Assembly: GCA_031411295.1 (NCBI GenBank)
Contig: JANOAV010000201.1
Coordinates: 1-30,535, forward strand
DNA from: Verrucomicrobiales bacterium
GTDB lineage: Bacteria > Verrucomicrobiota > Verrucomicrobiia > Verrucomicrobiales > V1-33
Reading direction: 5' to 3'
DNA length: 30,535 nt
This document shows positions 1 to 11,000 of this stretch, one piece after another. The translations under genes and the position numbers were made by a program. Within the stretch, counting starts at the first letter, position 1. Every line of letters starts with the position of its first letter. The notes beneath the pieces are model-generated. The model was not told the origin of the DNA and searched no databases. It saw only the letters and a list, made by a program, of their open reading frames with translations.

Positions 1-95
1 ACCTGTCCCTGCGTGCTTTGCGGACTGCGGATTAGGGCTTCAATGGTGACCTTTTCGTCGTTCGTTAAATTCAGCGGTTTGATGGAGCGGCTCAT
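1..95 (-). CDS. IS630-family transposase, N-terminal fragment (continues off the left edge of the window)
   Basis: Not in the ORF track. Manual translation from ATG 95 gives MSRSIKPLNLTNDEKVTIEALIRSPQSTQGQ.., which resembles the 'L-x-L-T/S-x-E-E-R-x-x-L-E-x-x-x-R-S' start of IS630 transposases. Confidence 0.7.
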   Translation of the reverse strand, partial: MSRSIKPLNLTNDEKVTIEALIRSPQSTQGQ

Positions 96-138
96 CCCCA
101 CTTATTTCACATTTGTTAACTATTGCAAGTAAGCACTA
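1..138 (-). mobile_element. Left end of a putative IS630-family insertion sequence, with a TA target at 137-138 inside CTAG
   Basis: The minus strand reads ..GC|TA|GTGCTTACTTGCAATAG.. about 40 nt before the transposase ATG. IS630 elements insert at TA, often within CTAG. The upstream gene stops five codons past this point. Confidence 0.6.
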
Positions 139-1226
139 GCAGTGGCTTCCCAGGTCACGCCAGTGTCGGTGGAAACATAAATTGTATCCCCATCGAAGTA
201 GTTGAGCGCTGCGGCCAAGTGGGTTCCATCCGCTGAGGAAGCGAATGCATTCCAAGTCCCAGACGGCCCAGTTTCCTGCCAAGTGGTGCCGCCGTCCACT
301 GAGCGAAGCAGCCGCGTAGCATTCTTCTGCAGTTGAATTTGGCCATCGTCAGATCCCACAAAATAGCCGGAACCTTTTTGCGTCCAAGTTGCACCGCCAT
401 CATCTGTCCAGAAGCGGCGGGCATCATTCGTCAGCGCTAGCAATTTGGCGTTACTCCCACGGAATCTCACTGCCGCTACTTTTCCCCCAGGGTCAATTTC
501 CTGCCAATTCTGCCCATCATCAGTAGTGATCTGCAGATGTCCGTCGTAGTCAGCCACAGCGATTACGCTTCCATCAGGGGACATTGCCAGCACGGAGGCA
601 AAGCTAGGTAACGCGCGTTCCTCCGATGCATACCCCAGAAGAGGTTCCCAATTAAATATCATGTCTGGGCGACACGTGTTGTTGTTCACAAATAGATTGT
701 TGCTCGCCAAGCCAAAATGGAGCCCCAAAAAAGCGTCAGGCGGAGTATCCAGCGAGTCGCTGAAACCAAAGTCTGCCGCTGTGAAGCGATGCGTGCTTCC
801 CTGCAGCACGGATACCGTCACGTCCGAGCATGTGGGGGAGTGGCCTGAAACCACCAGGCTTAGCAACGTGCTCAGGTGATGCGCAGGGAGAGTCCGATTT
901 GTGGCTGTAATCCGCAAACGATAGACCCCCGGGGGAACCACTGCTCCGGTATTGGTTAATTTCCCGCTGAGTGACATTGTCAGCCATGCAGGAAGTGGTG
1001 AGCCATCCATCAATGTGGCAGTGAAATCATAGGTTGCATCTGGGGTGTCGGGATCGGTAAAAAATATTGGAACATCATAGGTCTGCGTCGTTCCGCCAAC
1101 CCAAAACTGCTCCTGCAACGTAAGCGAGACTAGCGGAGGATCATCCGCCCAAACCGCTCCAACGCTCCATGCCAGAAAGGCGAGAGCCAGCAAAAGTGCC
1201 CTTAGGGCAAAGCAGAAGTGGGGCAT
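120..1226 (-). pseudogene. Secreted protein with putative Ig/cadherin-like domains and BNR/Asp-box repeats, probably truncated by the IS insertion
   Basis: It has a signal peptide (MPHFCFALRALLLALAFLAWSVGAVWA), a He_PIG/dystroglycan-like segment (DGSPLPAWL..GVYRLRITATN) and Asp-boxes (TTDDGQNW, TDDGGATW, SVDGGTTW, STDTGVTW). The protein ends abruptly after a repeat, at a stop codon inside the IS end. Confidence 0.65.
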
Positions 1227-1504
1227 GGGGGGTGAGTATCGTTAGTTGGGAAACTTGAACAGCCAAACCTTACGTCCGCTATTTCTCAGCGACACTAACC
1301 CAAGCTCGTTTGCTATTCAAGAAACTAAACCAATATCCCAGGAACGGCCCTCATTCCGCCACTCCTCAGCCTCATGGAATTGAGTGTAAAGCCCATGCCA
1401 CCGCGCTCGGTCACAATCCGCCGCAGTTGGCGAATGAGCAGCCCAGCGGGCGGCTCCACATTCTATCGTTTTCTTTCTGGAAATGGGCTTACTCCCTCTC
1501 CCAC

Positions 1505-1957
1505 TCACTGCGCGCGCAGCCGATTCAGGTAAACTTTCACCGCAGACTTCATGCGGCCAAGCACGTAATAAACGGTCTGGCTGCGGAGGCGGACGAGTTC
1601 GGTGCCGACGATTTTGGGAACGAAATCGGCGGGGATTTCGAGGATGGCTTCGGGGGTGGCTCCGTCCAGGCCTTTGACGAGGATGGCGGTCATGGCGCGG
1701 GTGAGGGTTTGCACTTCCGGGCCTAACGAGACGCGGAAATGGACTCCCCGGGCGTCGTCCACGTTCATGAAGATGCCCACGGTGTCCGTGCACTCTTCGT
1801 CTTTGCGAATGTCTTCCAAGTCGAACGTGTCACCTTCGTTAGGGGCGCATTGTTTTGCTCGGTCGGCGTAATGAATCAGCATTTCACGACGCTCTGTTTC
1901 CGGCAGGCCGTTGAAGAGATCGATGATGGCGTCGAGGCCGGGGGGATAAGCGTTCAT
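1505..1957 (-). CDS. sufE: SufE family sulfur-acceptor protein
   Basis: 150 aa with 'ERREMLIHYA', the conserved Cys in 'ECTDTV' and 'LVKGLDGATPEAIL'. It lies directly downstream of a rhodanese gene. Confidence 0.85.
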   Translation of the reverse strand: MNAYPPGLDAIIDLFNGLPETERREMLIHYADRAKQCAPNEGDTFDLEDIRKDEECTDTVGIFMNVDDARGVHFRVSLGPEVQTLTRAMTAILVKGLDGATPEAILEIPADFVPKIVGTELVRLRSQTVYYVLGRMKSAVKVYLNRLRAQ

Positions 1958-1972
1958 GCTGGAAGCGGACGA

Positions 1973-2833
1973 CTATTTCTCGATGGGAGAACGCACCATG
2001 TTGCCCCACTCGGTCCAGCTTCCGTCGTAGTTGCGGACCTTGGTGAAGCCTAGCAGATAAGTCAGCACGAACCAGGTGTGGCTGGAGCGCTCGCCAATCC
2101 GGCAGTAGGCGATGATGTCGTCGCCTGGCTTGAATCCGAGGCCGTCCATGTAAATGGCGCGGAGTTCTTCGGCGGTCTTGAAGGTGCCGTCGGCGTTGGC
2201 GGCAGTGGACCAGGGGCAGCTCTTGGCACCCGGAACGTGACCGCCGCGAAGGACGCCTTCTTGGGGATATTCTGGCATGTGGGTCAGTTCCCCGGTGTAT
2301 TCCTTGACGCTGCGGACGTCCACCAGTGGCTTCTTGGCGGCGGCGTGGGCGACAGTTTCTTGGTAAAAGGCGCGGATTTGGTCGTCGAGGCGCTTGGGTG
2401 GCACCGGATAATTGACGGCGGCATTTTTCGGAACTTCTCGTGTGAGTTCGCGACCTTCGGAGACCCATTTCGAGCGCCCGCCGTCCATGATTTTGCAATT
2501 CTTATGACCGAACAGATGGAACACCCAGAGGGCATAGCAGGACCACCAGTTGGACTTGTCGCCATAGAACACGACCGTGGTTTCCGGGGTGATGCCGTGG
2601 CGGCGGCAGAGCTTTGCGAAATCTTCCGGCCCCAAGTAATCGCGCACCAGTTGGTCGTTCAAGTCCGCCCGCCAATCAATATGCACCGCTCCGGGAACAT
2701 GGCCGGTATCATACAAAAGCAGGTCTTCGTTGCTTTCCACGATGCGGAGATTGGCGTCGGAGGCATGTTCAGCCACCCAGGCGGTGGAAACGAGCATTTC
2801 GGGGTGGCTGTATTGGGAAAATTTGTCGGTCAT
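1973..2833 (-). CDS. sseA: Tandem-rhodanese sulfurtransferase (SseA/CysA type)
   Basis: Motifs [18 protein letters not shown], active-site loop YCRIGERSS and C-terminal [10 protein letters not shown]. Confidence 0.93.
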   Translation of the reverse strand: MTDKFSQYSHPEMLVSTAWVAEHASDANLRIVESNEDLLLYDTGHVPGAVHIDWRADLNDQLVRDYLGPEDFAKLCRRHGITPETTVVFYGDKSNWWSCYALWVFHLFGHKNCKIMDGGRSKWVSEGRELTREVPKNAAVNYPVPPKRLDDQIRAFYQETVAHAAAKKPLVDVRSVKEYTGELTHMPEYPQEGVLRGGHVPGAKSCPWSTAANADGTFKTAEELRAIYMDGLGFKPGDDIIAYCRIGERSSHTWFVLTYLLGFTKVRNYDGSWTEWGNMVRSPIEK

Positions 2834-3147
2834 GGTAAATGTAGAATGATTCTAAACTCAGACAAAGGACCGTTGGTCCGGGAAATCAACTCCGAAAACG
2901 CTCTTTTGTAGGCGATTCGGCAGTTGGGACACGGGCCAGTTGAGCCGGTGGCCGGCTGGGCCCAGTCTCGAGAGGCCATTTTGCGAGGCAGGCTTGGTCG
3001 ATACGCGGATAGGTATAAAAGTCGGACCGATTTTGCTTCAATCCGTTTTGTCCGGTTGATAAGATTTTGGCGAATTCCTCATAGCTCCTCAACTCCAGTT
3101 TCGCTACTTCCCCCCCTTGGTGGCGTAACTGTTACCCCAAAATCCCC

Positions 3148-6100
3148 ATGTCTTCGCAAGATTCCCTCTCTCCATCGCGTCGTATCCCCGTGTGCTGTGC
3201 TTTTGCAATTTTTGCCTGGACCGGGCTGAGCCAGGCGGGGACGCTAACACATGATTATGCGGCCACACCTGCAGATGGGACCATTATTAATTCCAATGTA
3301 GCCGGGACGACGGTGGTTGCTAGTGGTCGCCTCCGGCTGACGCAGAATACGATTGGCTCCACGTATGCCGCCATGCGGCTGCCGGACCTTGATCCCGGAA
3401 AGGAAATTACGGAGTTTACGGTGCAATTTGACTTAACGTTGTTCTGCACGGGCACTCCAGCGGATGGATTAGCGCTGTCTTTTGGCAATATCTCCGCGAC
3501 GCCAGCAGATCTCATCAACCCTTCGATCAATACGGGCGAGAAGGGGTTTGTGACGACGAACGGCTTTGCGGTGGACATCGATACGTATGGGGATGGGCCA
3601 TTGATTGAGGCCAAAGCGGGCGGGTTGGTGATTAAGAGTGTTTATCTGGGAAATGCGTCGGCTCCCGGCGGCAACTGGGGGGCTCCGCCAGTGACTAACA
3701 CCTATCCGTTCGACAATGTTCCCCGACGGGTGATCATTCACTGGGAGGTCAATACTGGGCTGGATGTAAAGATCACCGCGAGCGCGGCCAATGGCGGGGG
3801 GTTAGTGGATGTGATGGTGGACACTCCGTTGCCAGGGTTTGTGCCGACGGTAGGAAATGTATTTGCCTTTGGTGCCCGCACGGGTGGTGCTACGGAGGAT
3901 GTGTTCCTGGATAATCTGAGCGTAGCGACGGTGCCCGTGGTGCCAATCGAAACGGGCGGACCAACGATCTCGGAATTCGTGGCAGACAATGGCACGCAGG
4001 AGGATGAAGATTGCACGACGGGGGCGTGGTTGGAAATTTATAACGGGCAAAATGTGGCGCAGACGATGACTGGTTGGTCCCTGACGGATGATGCCGGGGT
4101 GCTGGGGAAATGGCCGTTTCCCGCTGGTTATAGTATTCCGGCTTATGGCTATGCCAGGATCTGGGCGGATGGGAAGAATCGCACGGTGTCATCTGCCAAC
4201 TATCACACGAACTTTATTTTGAACAAAGCGGGTGGTTATCTGGCGCTGGTGAAGCCGGACATGAGTATTGCGACGGCTTACACCTATGGCGTGCAGTCGA
4301 AGGATGTGGCCTACGGCAAATTGGGCGCTGCGCAAACGGACGGCTATCTGGAAACGCCCACGCCTGGCGTGAAAAATTCCGGGCTGCAGGCACCGCTGGG
4401 CCCCTGCAAGCAGGATGTGACTTTCAACCATGTGGGGGGCTTGATCACGGGTCCGCTGGCGTTGACCCTGACCGCTCCCACCCTCGTGGGTGCCGTGGCC
4501 CGATATACGATCGACAATTCCGTGCCGAACGGTTCCTCTGCACTCTGGCCGGTGGGCGGCTTGAACATCACGGGGTCCTCGAATATTCGGGTGCGTTATT
4601 TCCAACCGAACTCGCTGGGCGGAGATGTTAGCAGCCGGACGTTTATCCTGTTGGATTCCACGCTGACGAACTATCGGGGCCCCGGCCAGCCCTTTAGTTC
4701 AAATTTACCGATCATGGTGTTCGATAGCTTCGGCATTAACATTGATGGTGCTGGTGGCTCGGCTGGCCTGCGGCCGTATCGGGCAACTTATACCGTGGCG
4801 CTGGCACCGGATCCAGCCAACAGCAACAAGGCTTCCATCACCGGGCCGATCGATATGCAGAACCGGGGCGGGGTGCACATCCGCGGGGAGACCTCTGCGG
4901 GATTTGCGCAGAAGCCCTATGGCCTGGAAATCTGGGACAACAAAGAGCAGGACAAAGCCGTGAACCTTCTGGGCTGGCCGGCAGAATCTGATTATGTGCT
5001 GATTTCCAACTACAATGACAAGTCCGTGATTCGGAACATGATGCCGTTCGACATGAAACGCTCCTTGAGTGGAGACGGCAGCGCCATGAAGGAGAAATAT
5101 GTGGAAGTGTTCTTCAAACAGGATGGCAGTGGCCCGCTGACGTATGCTGACTACAAAGGGGTGTATGTTCTGACGGAGAAAATTAAGCGGGATAAGGATC
5201 GGGTAAATATTGAAGAATTAAAACCCTGCGACGGCGTATTTGCCAATAATCCGGCGGTGGATGACGCGGGAATCATCAGCGGCGGTTACATCATTCGGAA
5301 AGACAAGGCCTCCCCCGAGGCGGCCTTTACGACCAATGGCGGCACCACTGCGAGCCCGGCCGCAACCTATCCCGCGCAATCATTGCAAATCGTGGAACCG
5401 AACAATCCCAGTGTGGCCCAGCAGAGCTACATCAAGGGCTTCGTGAACCGCTTCGAATCAGCGCTCTATGGCACCACGTTTGCCGATCCGGTCAATGGCT
5501 ATGCCAAATATGTTGATGTGCAAAGCTGGATCGACGGGCATTTGTGGGTGGAAATTTTCAAGCAAGCGGACGGGTATCGGCTCAGCACTTACATGTATAA
5601 AGACCGCAATGGGAAATTGAAATATGCTCCGTTGTGGGACTACAATCTGAGCAGCGGCAATGCCAGCCCGGCTGGCGGTTATACCAGCGGGCAGGAAAAT
5701 GTGGCAGGATGGTATTACTCCATTCTGGGTTTGGCGGACTATCCTTACCATCCCCGGCTGTTCCAAGACCCGGCATTCCTGCGGGCCTACTGGGACCGCT
5801 ACTGGCAACTGCGGCGGGGCATGTTCTCCAATGCCAATGTGCTGGCCACCATTGATCGCTACATTTCCCAACTCAAGAATGGTGCGCCTGGCATCCCTGG
5901 TGGTGGCACGCTGATTACCAATGGCACGGGCATCTGGCCCAGCAGCACGCCATCGCTTGATGTGCCCATCGGGCGGCATAATGCCCGCTGGCAGCGGATG
6001 GGCGTTTATGATTGGCCTAACGCCACGAATCCTACCTTGCGCACTTCTTGGGAAACCAACTGGGACCCTGCTACCTTCACCAGCGCGTCCGATCCCTTCG

Positions 6101-8034
6101 CGGCAGTTAGCGAGACCGCATTCGTTCGCATTTGGATGCTGCGTCGTCTGCAGTGGATGGATGACCAGAGCATGAGTTATGGAGCCTCAGTGAAAAATTT
6201 CAAGCCACCGACATTCTCCCAATATGGTGGCGAAGTGGCGAGCGGATACCTCCTGGGAATTACCGATCCCAATGCTGCCGGCGGCAGCATCTATTATACC
6301 ACCGATGGTTCTGATCCCGCAGACGGTGGCGGCACCCTGCTAAGTTCAGGTGGGGTAACTTTATTGGGGGAAACGGGTGCCGTAAGTTACTTGGTGCCCA
6401 GCACTACCAATGGCGGCAGCACGCTGGTGCGGACGCAGGGCGACCCCAATCAATGGAATGGGGTGGCGGATCCGCCGAATATTGCCAACTGGACGACGGG
6501 AGCATTTGGCCTGGGCTACGATGTCAATGACGCCACTCCGCCGCTCGGAACAGACGTCCTTTACGGGCCCTACATCGGGACGAATGTGCAGCCTGCCATG
6601 CAGCCAGGCACCACGGCTCCGCCGAATTCGGCCACAATTTATACCCGTTCCATTATCAACCTCACGGCCCCGCAGTTGGCCAGCCTGCTGACGTTGAAAC
6701 TCAGCGTGCGTTACGACGACTCCTACATCTCTTATTTAAATGGCGTGGAAGTATCGCGTAAAAATTATTCGGCGGGAGCGACGCCCACCTATACCCAGGC
6801 TTCAGGGGCCACGCGGCCGGATGCCAGTGCCATCGTATTTGAGGACGTGGACCTTAGTGCCTTCAGGTCCAACCTCATCGTTGGCAACAACGTGCTGTGT
6901 TTCCACGGCATGAATGCCACCAGTAGTTACACCAACCTCCATGGAAAAGATTTCCTGCTGCAGCCCAAACTCACCGCCACCGTGGCCAGCCTTCCCATTA
7001 CGCAAACCACCCTGTTCCGCGCGCGGATTAAGGATACCAGCAACAATTGGTCTCCGCTCACCGAGGCCAACTTCGTGGTTAATACCGTGCCAGCATCGGC
7101 CGCCAACCTCGTCATTTCCGAAATGAATTACAATCCTGTCCCGCCCACGCCAGCGGAGACCACCGCATCTGGGGCCAACAATGCGAATGATTTCGAGTTC
7201 ATCGAAATCTTGAACATCAGCAATCAAACCGTGAACCTAACCAACTGTGCATTCACCTTGGGCATCACCTTCAACTGGGTCAACGCTCCTGCCAACAAAC
7301 AAACCCTGGGGCCTGGCCAGCGCATGATTCTGGTGGAAAATCTGGCGGCCTTTAGCGGACGCTATGCTGGCAGCAATCCGAACATTGCCGGAGCCTATGT
7401 GGGCAATCTTGCCAACGGCGGGGAAACCATTACCTTCAATGCCGCCAACGGCAGCGTGATTAAATCCTTCACCTATGACGACGTGGAGCCATGGCCGGTG
7501 GATTCGGACTTGGATCTGAATGCCTCCAATCAAGTGGTGCGCGGCGGTTATTCACTTGTGCTGAATAATCCACTGAGCAATCCGGATCACAATATCGGAG
7601 CCAATTGGCGCTCCAGCAGCGTGCTGGGGGGGAAGCCCGGTCAGGCAGATGCTAACACCGCCCCGACTCTGCCCAATGGCGACAGTGATGGTGATGGCAT
7701 TCCTGACATCGTGGAATATGCCGTTGGCTCCAATCAAGGCCACGGCACCCAGGCAAAATTACCCCAATTGGGTTGGGCAAATTTCGACACCGGCACCGTG
7801 GTGGAGCCATGTCTCTCACTGACATTTATCCGCAACCTCAATGCGGACAACGTGGTGGTGACCCCCAAAGTCAGCTCCGACCTGAACACTTGGAACAATG
7901 GCACCGTGGCCCTTACCTACGTGACCACCAACAACAATGGAGATGGCACGGCCACGATTACGTATCGCTCCACGCAGCCTGCTTCAGCCTTGCCTACACG
8001 GATGTTTGCCAAGCTTGAGGTAACCGTGCCCTAA
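3148..8034 (+). CDS. Secreted multidomain CotH-kinase protein (L-type lectin-like, lamin-tail, CotH, FN3-associated, jelly-roll insert, second lamin-tail and C-terminal DxDGDG domain)
   Basis: Signal peptide; lectin-like PADGLALSFG..FAVDIDTY; LTD motifs ISEFVADN..WLEIYN and VISEMNYNP..FEFIEILN; CotH motifs IRGETS, YKGVYVLTEKIKRD and PLWDYNLS; IYYTTDGSDP; tail DSDGDGIPDIVEYAVG..SSDLNTW..FAKLEV. Confidence 0.88.
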   Translation: MSSQDSLSPSRRIPVCCAFAIFAWTGLSQAGTLTHDYAATPADGTIINSNVAGTTVVASGRLRLTQNTIGSTYAAMRLPDLDPGKEITEFTVQFDLTLFCTGTPADGLALSFGNISATPADLINPSINTGEKGFVTTNGFAVDIDTYGDGPLIEAKAGGLVIKSVYLGNASAPGGNWGAPPVTNTYPFDNVPRRVIIHWEVNTGLDVKITASAANGGGLVDVMVDTPLPGFVPTVGNVFAFGARTGGATEDVFLDNLSVATVPVVPIETGGPTISEFVADNGTQEDEDCTTGAWLEIYNGQNVAQTMTGWSLTDDAGVLGKWPFPAGYSIPAYGYARIWADGKNRTVSSANYHTNFILNKAGGYLALVKPDMSIATAYTYGVQSKDVAYGKLGAAQTDGYLETPTPGVKNSGLQAPLGPCKQDVTFNHVGGLITGPLALTLTAPTLVGAVARYTIDNSVPNGSSALWPVGGLNITGSSNIRVRYFQPNSLGGDVSSRTFILLDSTLTNYRGPGQPFSSNLPIMVFDSFGINIDGAGGSAGLRPYRATYTVALAPDPANSNKASITGPIDMQNRGGVHIRGETSAGFAQKPYGLEIWDNKEQDKAVNLLGWPAESDYVLISNYNDKSVIRNMMPFDMKRSLSGDGSAMKEKYVEVFFKQDGSGPLTYADYKGVYVLTEKIKRDKDRVNIEELKPCDGVFANNPAVDDAGIISGGYIIRKDKASPEAAFTTNGGTTASPAATYPAQSLQIVEPNNPSVAQQSYIKGFVNRFESALYGTTFADPVNGYAKYVDVQSWIDGHLWVEIFKQADGYRLSTYMYKDRNGKLKYAPLWDYNLSSGNASPAGGYTSGQENVAGWYYSILGLADYPYHPRLFQDPAFLRAYWDRYWQLRRGMFSNANVLATIDRYISQLKNGAPGIPGGGTLITNGTGIWPSSTPSLDVPIGRHNARWQRMGVYDWPNATNPTLRTSWETNWDPATFTSASDPFAAVSETAFVRIWMLRRLQWMDDQSMSYGASVKNFKPPTFSQYGGEVASGYLLGITDPNAAGGSIYYTTDGSDPADGGGTLLSSGGVTLLGETGAVSYLVPSTTNGGSTLVRTQGDPNQWNGVADPPNIANWTTGAFGLGYDVNDATPPLGTDVLYGPYIGTNVQPAMQPGTTAPPNSATIYTRSIINLTAPQLASLLTLKLSVRYDDSYISYLNGVEVSRKNYSAGATPTYTQASGATRPDASAIVFEDVDLSAFRSNLIVGNNVLCFHGMNATSSYTNLHGKDFLLQPKLTATVASLPITQTTLFRARIKDTSNNWSPLTEANFVVNTVPASAANLVISEMNYNPVPPTPAETTASGANNANDFEFIEILNISNQTVNLTNCAFTLGITFNWVNAPANKQTLGPGQRMILVENLAAFSGRYAGSNPNIAGAYVGNLANGGETITFNAANGSVIKSFTYDDVEPWPVDSDLDLNASNQVVRGGYSLVLNNPLSNPDHNIGANWRSSSVLGGKPGQADANTAPTLPNGDSDGDGIPDIVEYAVGSNQGHGTQAKLPQLGWANFDTGTVVEPCLSLTFIRNLNADNVVVTPKVSSDLNTWNNGTVALTYVTTNNNGDGTATITYRSTQPASALPTRMFAKLEVTVP

Positions 8035-8094
8035 GCTCAGCGAAATTTTTTTACTTCACATTTCACCAGATTTTCACAAAAATAATTCCCAATT

Positions 8095-11000
8095 ATGAAA
8101 ACCTCCCTTTTTTCCTACTCTCCCCTCACGGGTTTCTCGTTCCCCAGGGTGAAATCTGTGTCCTGGCTAGCCGCTGTGATGGGTCTCTCCCTGAGTGCTG
8201 CTTCCGCGATCGACTGGGATGGCGGTGGCGATGGCGTCACGTGGACCGATCCTCTGAACTGGGATGGTGATGTGCTGCCAACGGTGGCGGATTTGGCGGC
8301 GTTTAACTTCAGTCCGCAACTCATCCAGCCTAATGGAAACCAGTCCGTGCTGGGGCTGAGCTTCTTTGATAACTATGTCTTGGGAGGATTTGGTAACAGT
8401 TCGCTGCTGACGCTCGCGGGCTCCACTTCGGTGACCAACCTCACGCCGAATAGTGCCAGCATCACGATCAATTCGTTACTGACCACGGGTGGAGCCACGC
8501 CCGGTTTATACATCGGTGGGAGCGGTGGCACGGTTAATTTGACCAACATCTACAACCAGATTGGCGGTAACATTACCTTGGATGGCACCACGCTGCTGAT
8601 GCAATCCAGCAGCCTGGCCCCGCACCTGTCCGGCACCGGCATCAATCTTCAGAATCGCAGTGATGCCTTGGTGCTCGGTGGACCGAACAACCCGCAGAAC
8701 CGCAACATCATTCTGAAGAATGGTGGTCAATTTGCCGTCTATGGCGCGGGTTATAATCCTGATGGCTCATCCAAAGTATTCAATCTTGATGCCTCGGGCG
8801 GTGGTGCTATCAATGTAGTGGCTGGTTATCAGCAATTCTCGCTAGATGATGCCGCGCAGATTACGGGCACGGGAAATTTGACGAAGACTGGCAACGGGCG
8901 GCTTACGCTGACATCCCAAGCCTTCGGTCTGACAGGAAATCTTCAGGTTAGTGGCGGCGTGTTGGACGTGGGCACCAGCACAGCTCCAGCCGTAACGAAT
9001 GATTACAACCGCATGAGTGTCTTCGCGCAGACGGCTACCATCACGGTGGGCGTGCCAGGTGCGGTGACGGGGACCTCCCCGCGGCCGATGTTCGTCATGA
9101 ACAACGGCACCGCCACACAAATTGATAGCAACATCGTGCTCAATCCCAACGGCACCATCGGAGCCAACGGAGCGGATAGCATCCTGGGAGCGGCCTTGGC
9201 ACTTCACAGTCCAAGCTCCTCAACGTTGACGTTGAACGGTGGCACACTGCTCAATAGGAATGCCTTTGATCCGCAGACGACACGTTTCCTGCGCGTGGAT
9301 GCCTTGGTGCAGGGCTCGGGCACGGTGGACATCGTGGGGTCAACGCTGGCTGCCAGTAATCCCCGCACGGTCTTCCAACGCGGGGATTTGGCGCACACCT
9401 TTAGCGGCACCTATCGTCTTCAAGGGAATAATACCTTGGAAGCAAATCCACGTTTCTCCGGGGTTCTGACGGTTTCTGCGGTGGGCGTTCCTGCAACGTA
9501 TAACAGCACCTCCAATTCAGGCAACTCCTTCGGCAGCAATGCCACCATCGAGCTGGCAGGCTTCAACTCGGGCTTGGATTTGCGGGACAATGGTGGGGTG
9601 GCTAGCTTCAGCGGCAGCCTCATTTCTGCCTACAACCGGAACATCGTGCTGCCTGGCTATAGCGGCAATAAGATCGTGGTTTCCTCCACGGAGCCCGGTG
9701 GCATTCAGCGGATCGTTGGGAACGCAAATCTCATCCCCTCAGCCACTGCCACCGCTACCGCAGGTCACATCGCTTCTTTCCCCGCTGGGAGTGCGTCCGA
9801 TGGCAATATTTACGCCATGTCGAAGCTGCAATTTACTGGAAGTCAGTGGCTGCAAGTGAACGCTGGGGCGAACTATTCTTATCGCTTTGATGATCTGACC
9901 TTTGCGGCCAGCGCTTCCAATCCATGGTTGGATAACGCGGCTGGGAACATTCGGATAACCAATGCCGTCGCTGGTGCCAGCACGGATCTGGTGAAGCGGG
10001 GTAATGCAGAACTGAGTTTCCTGAACAACGTAACGCTGAACACGCTGGACATTCGTCACGGCGCTATTCGACTACAGGGCGCTGCTGGCGCCTTCACAGG
10101 CGTGGCTATTATCGTAAACGGGGGCAATAACTCCAATGCTTCCAACTTCGGTGGCGGTAGTTTAATTCTGGATAACACCACAGGGTCGAACCCGGACCGC
10201 ATCAATTCCTCCACCATTGTCGAACTCAAAGGCACCTCCACCTTGCGCTTGGATTCCCTTTCCGGAACCAACACCACGGAAACCATCGACAATCTCAACG
10301 TCAACAGTGGCAACCCCACCATCAATGCGGTCCGCACCGGCGGCACGGAAACCTCGGCCCTAACGATCGGGCTGAGCCGCGGGGCCAATCCCTCTTCAGT
10401 CATCAATTTTGCGGGAACCAGCTTGGGGACCGCCGCTTCCGGGGTGGGTCAAATTTTCATCACAAGCCAGGCGGCCACCAGTCCGGCTGCTGGCACCAAT
10501 GCTGGAATGCTGGGAGCCTGGGCATACACCGGGAATGACTGGGCGAAATACGATGCCAACGGCGTGCGGGCTTTTGCGGCCACGGATTACGACACGACGA
10601 CGACGCTGGCAACTGGCATCAATGCCAATCCCTCGGCAGCGGTTACCCTGGCAGCCGCCACTACGACGCAGTCGCTGAAACTCAGCCAAACCGCAAGCAC
10701 TGTCGGCCTTGTGACCAATGGCAACCTGCTGCGCATTGAGAGCGGCGGGATTCTTTCCACCACCAACTCCGCCCAAGGGATTTCCGGCACTAACGTGGTT
10801 GGCTCTGGGATTACGGCAGGCCTGGCTGCGAACACCGCGGAGAAATTATACATCAACACCACCGCTGATCTGCGGTTGAGTGCGTTAGTGCAGGATAATG
10901 GTTCAGGGCCCGTGACCTTGGTGAAGAGCGGTGGTAACACCCTCTTTTTGGTGCCGCAATCCCTTACGGGTGGCTTGTTTCAAGCGGCTAGCACTGGCGG

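Noticed and set aside
1310..1793. ORFs 1310..1726 (+) and 1317..1793 (-)
   Set aside because: Both largely overlap sufE in other frames and show no recognisable motif.
2078..2911. 277-aa plus-strand ORF
   Set aside because: Antisense shadow of the sulfurtransferase gene.
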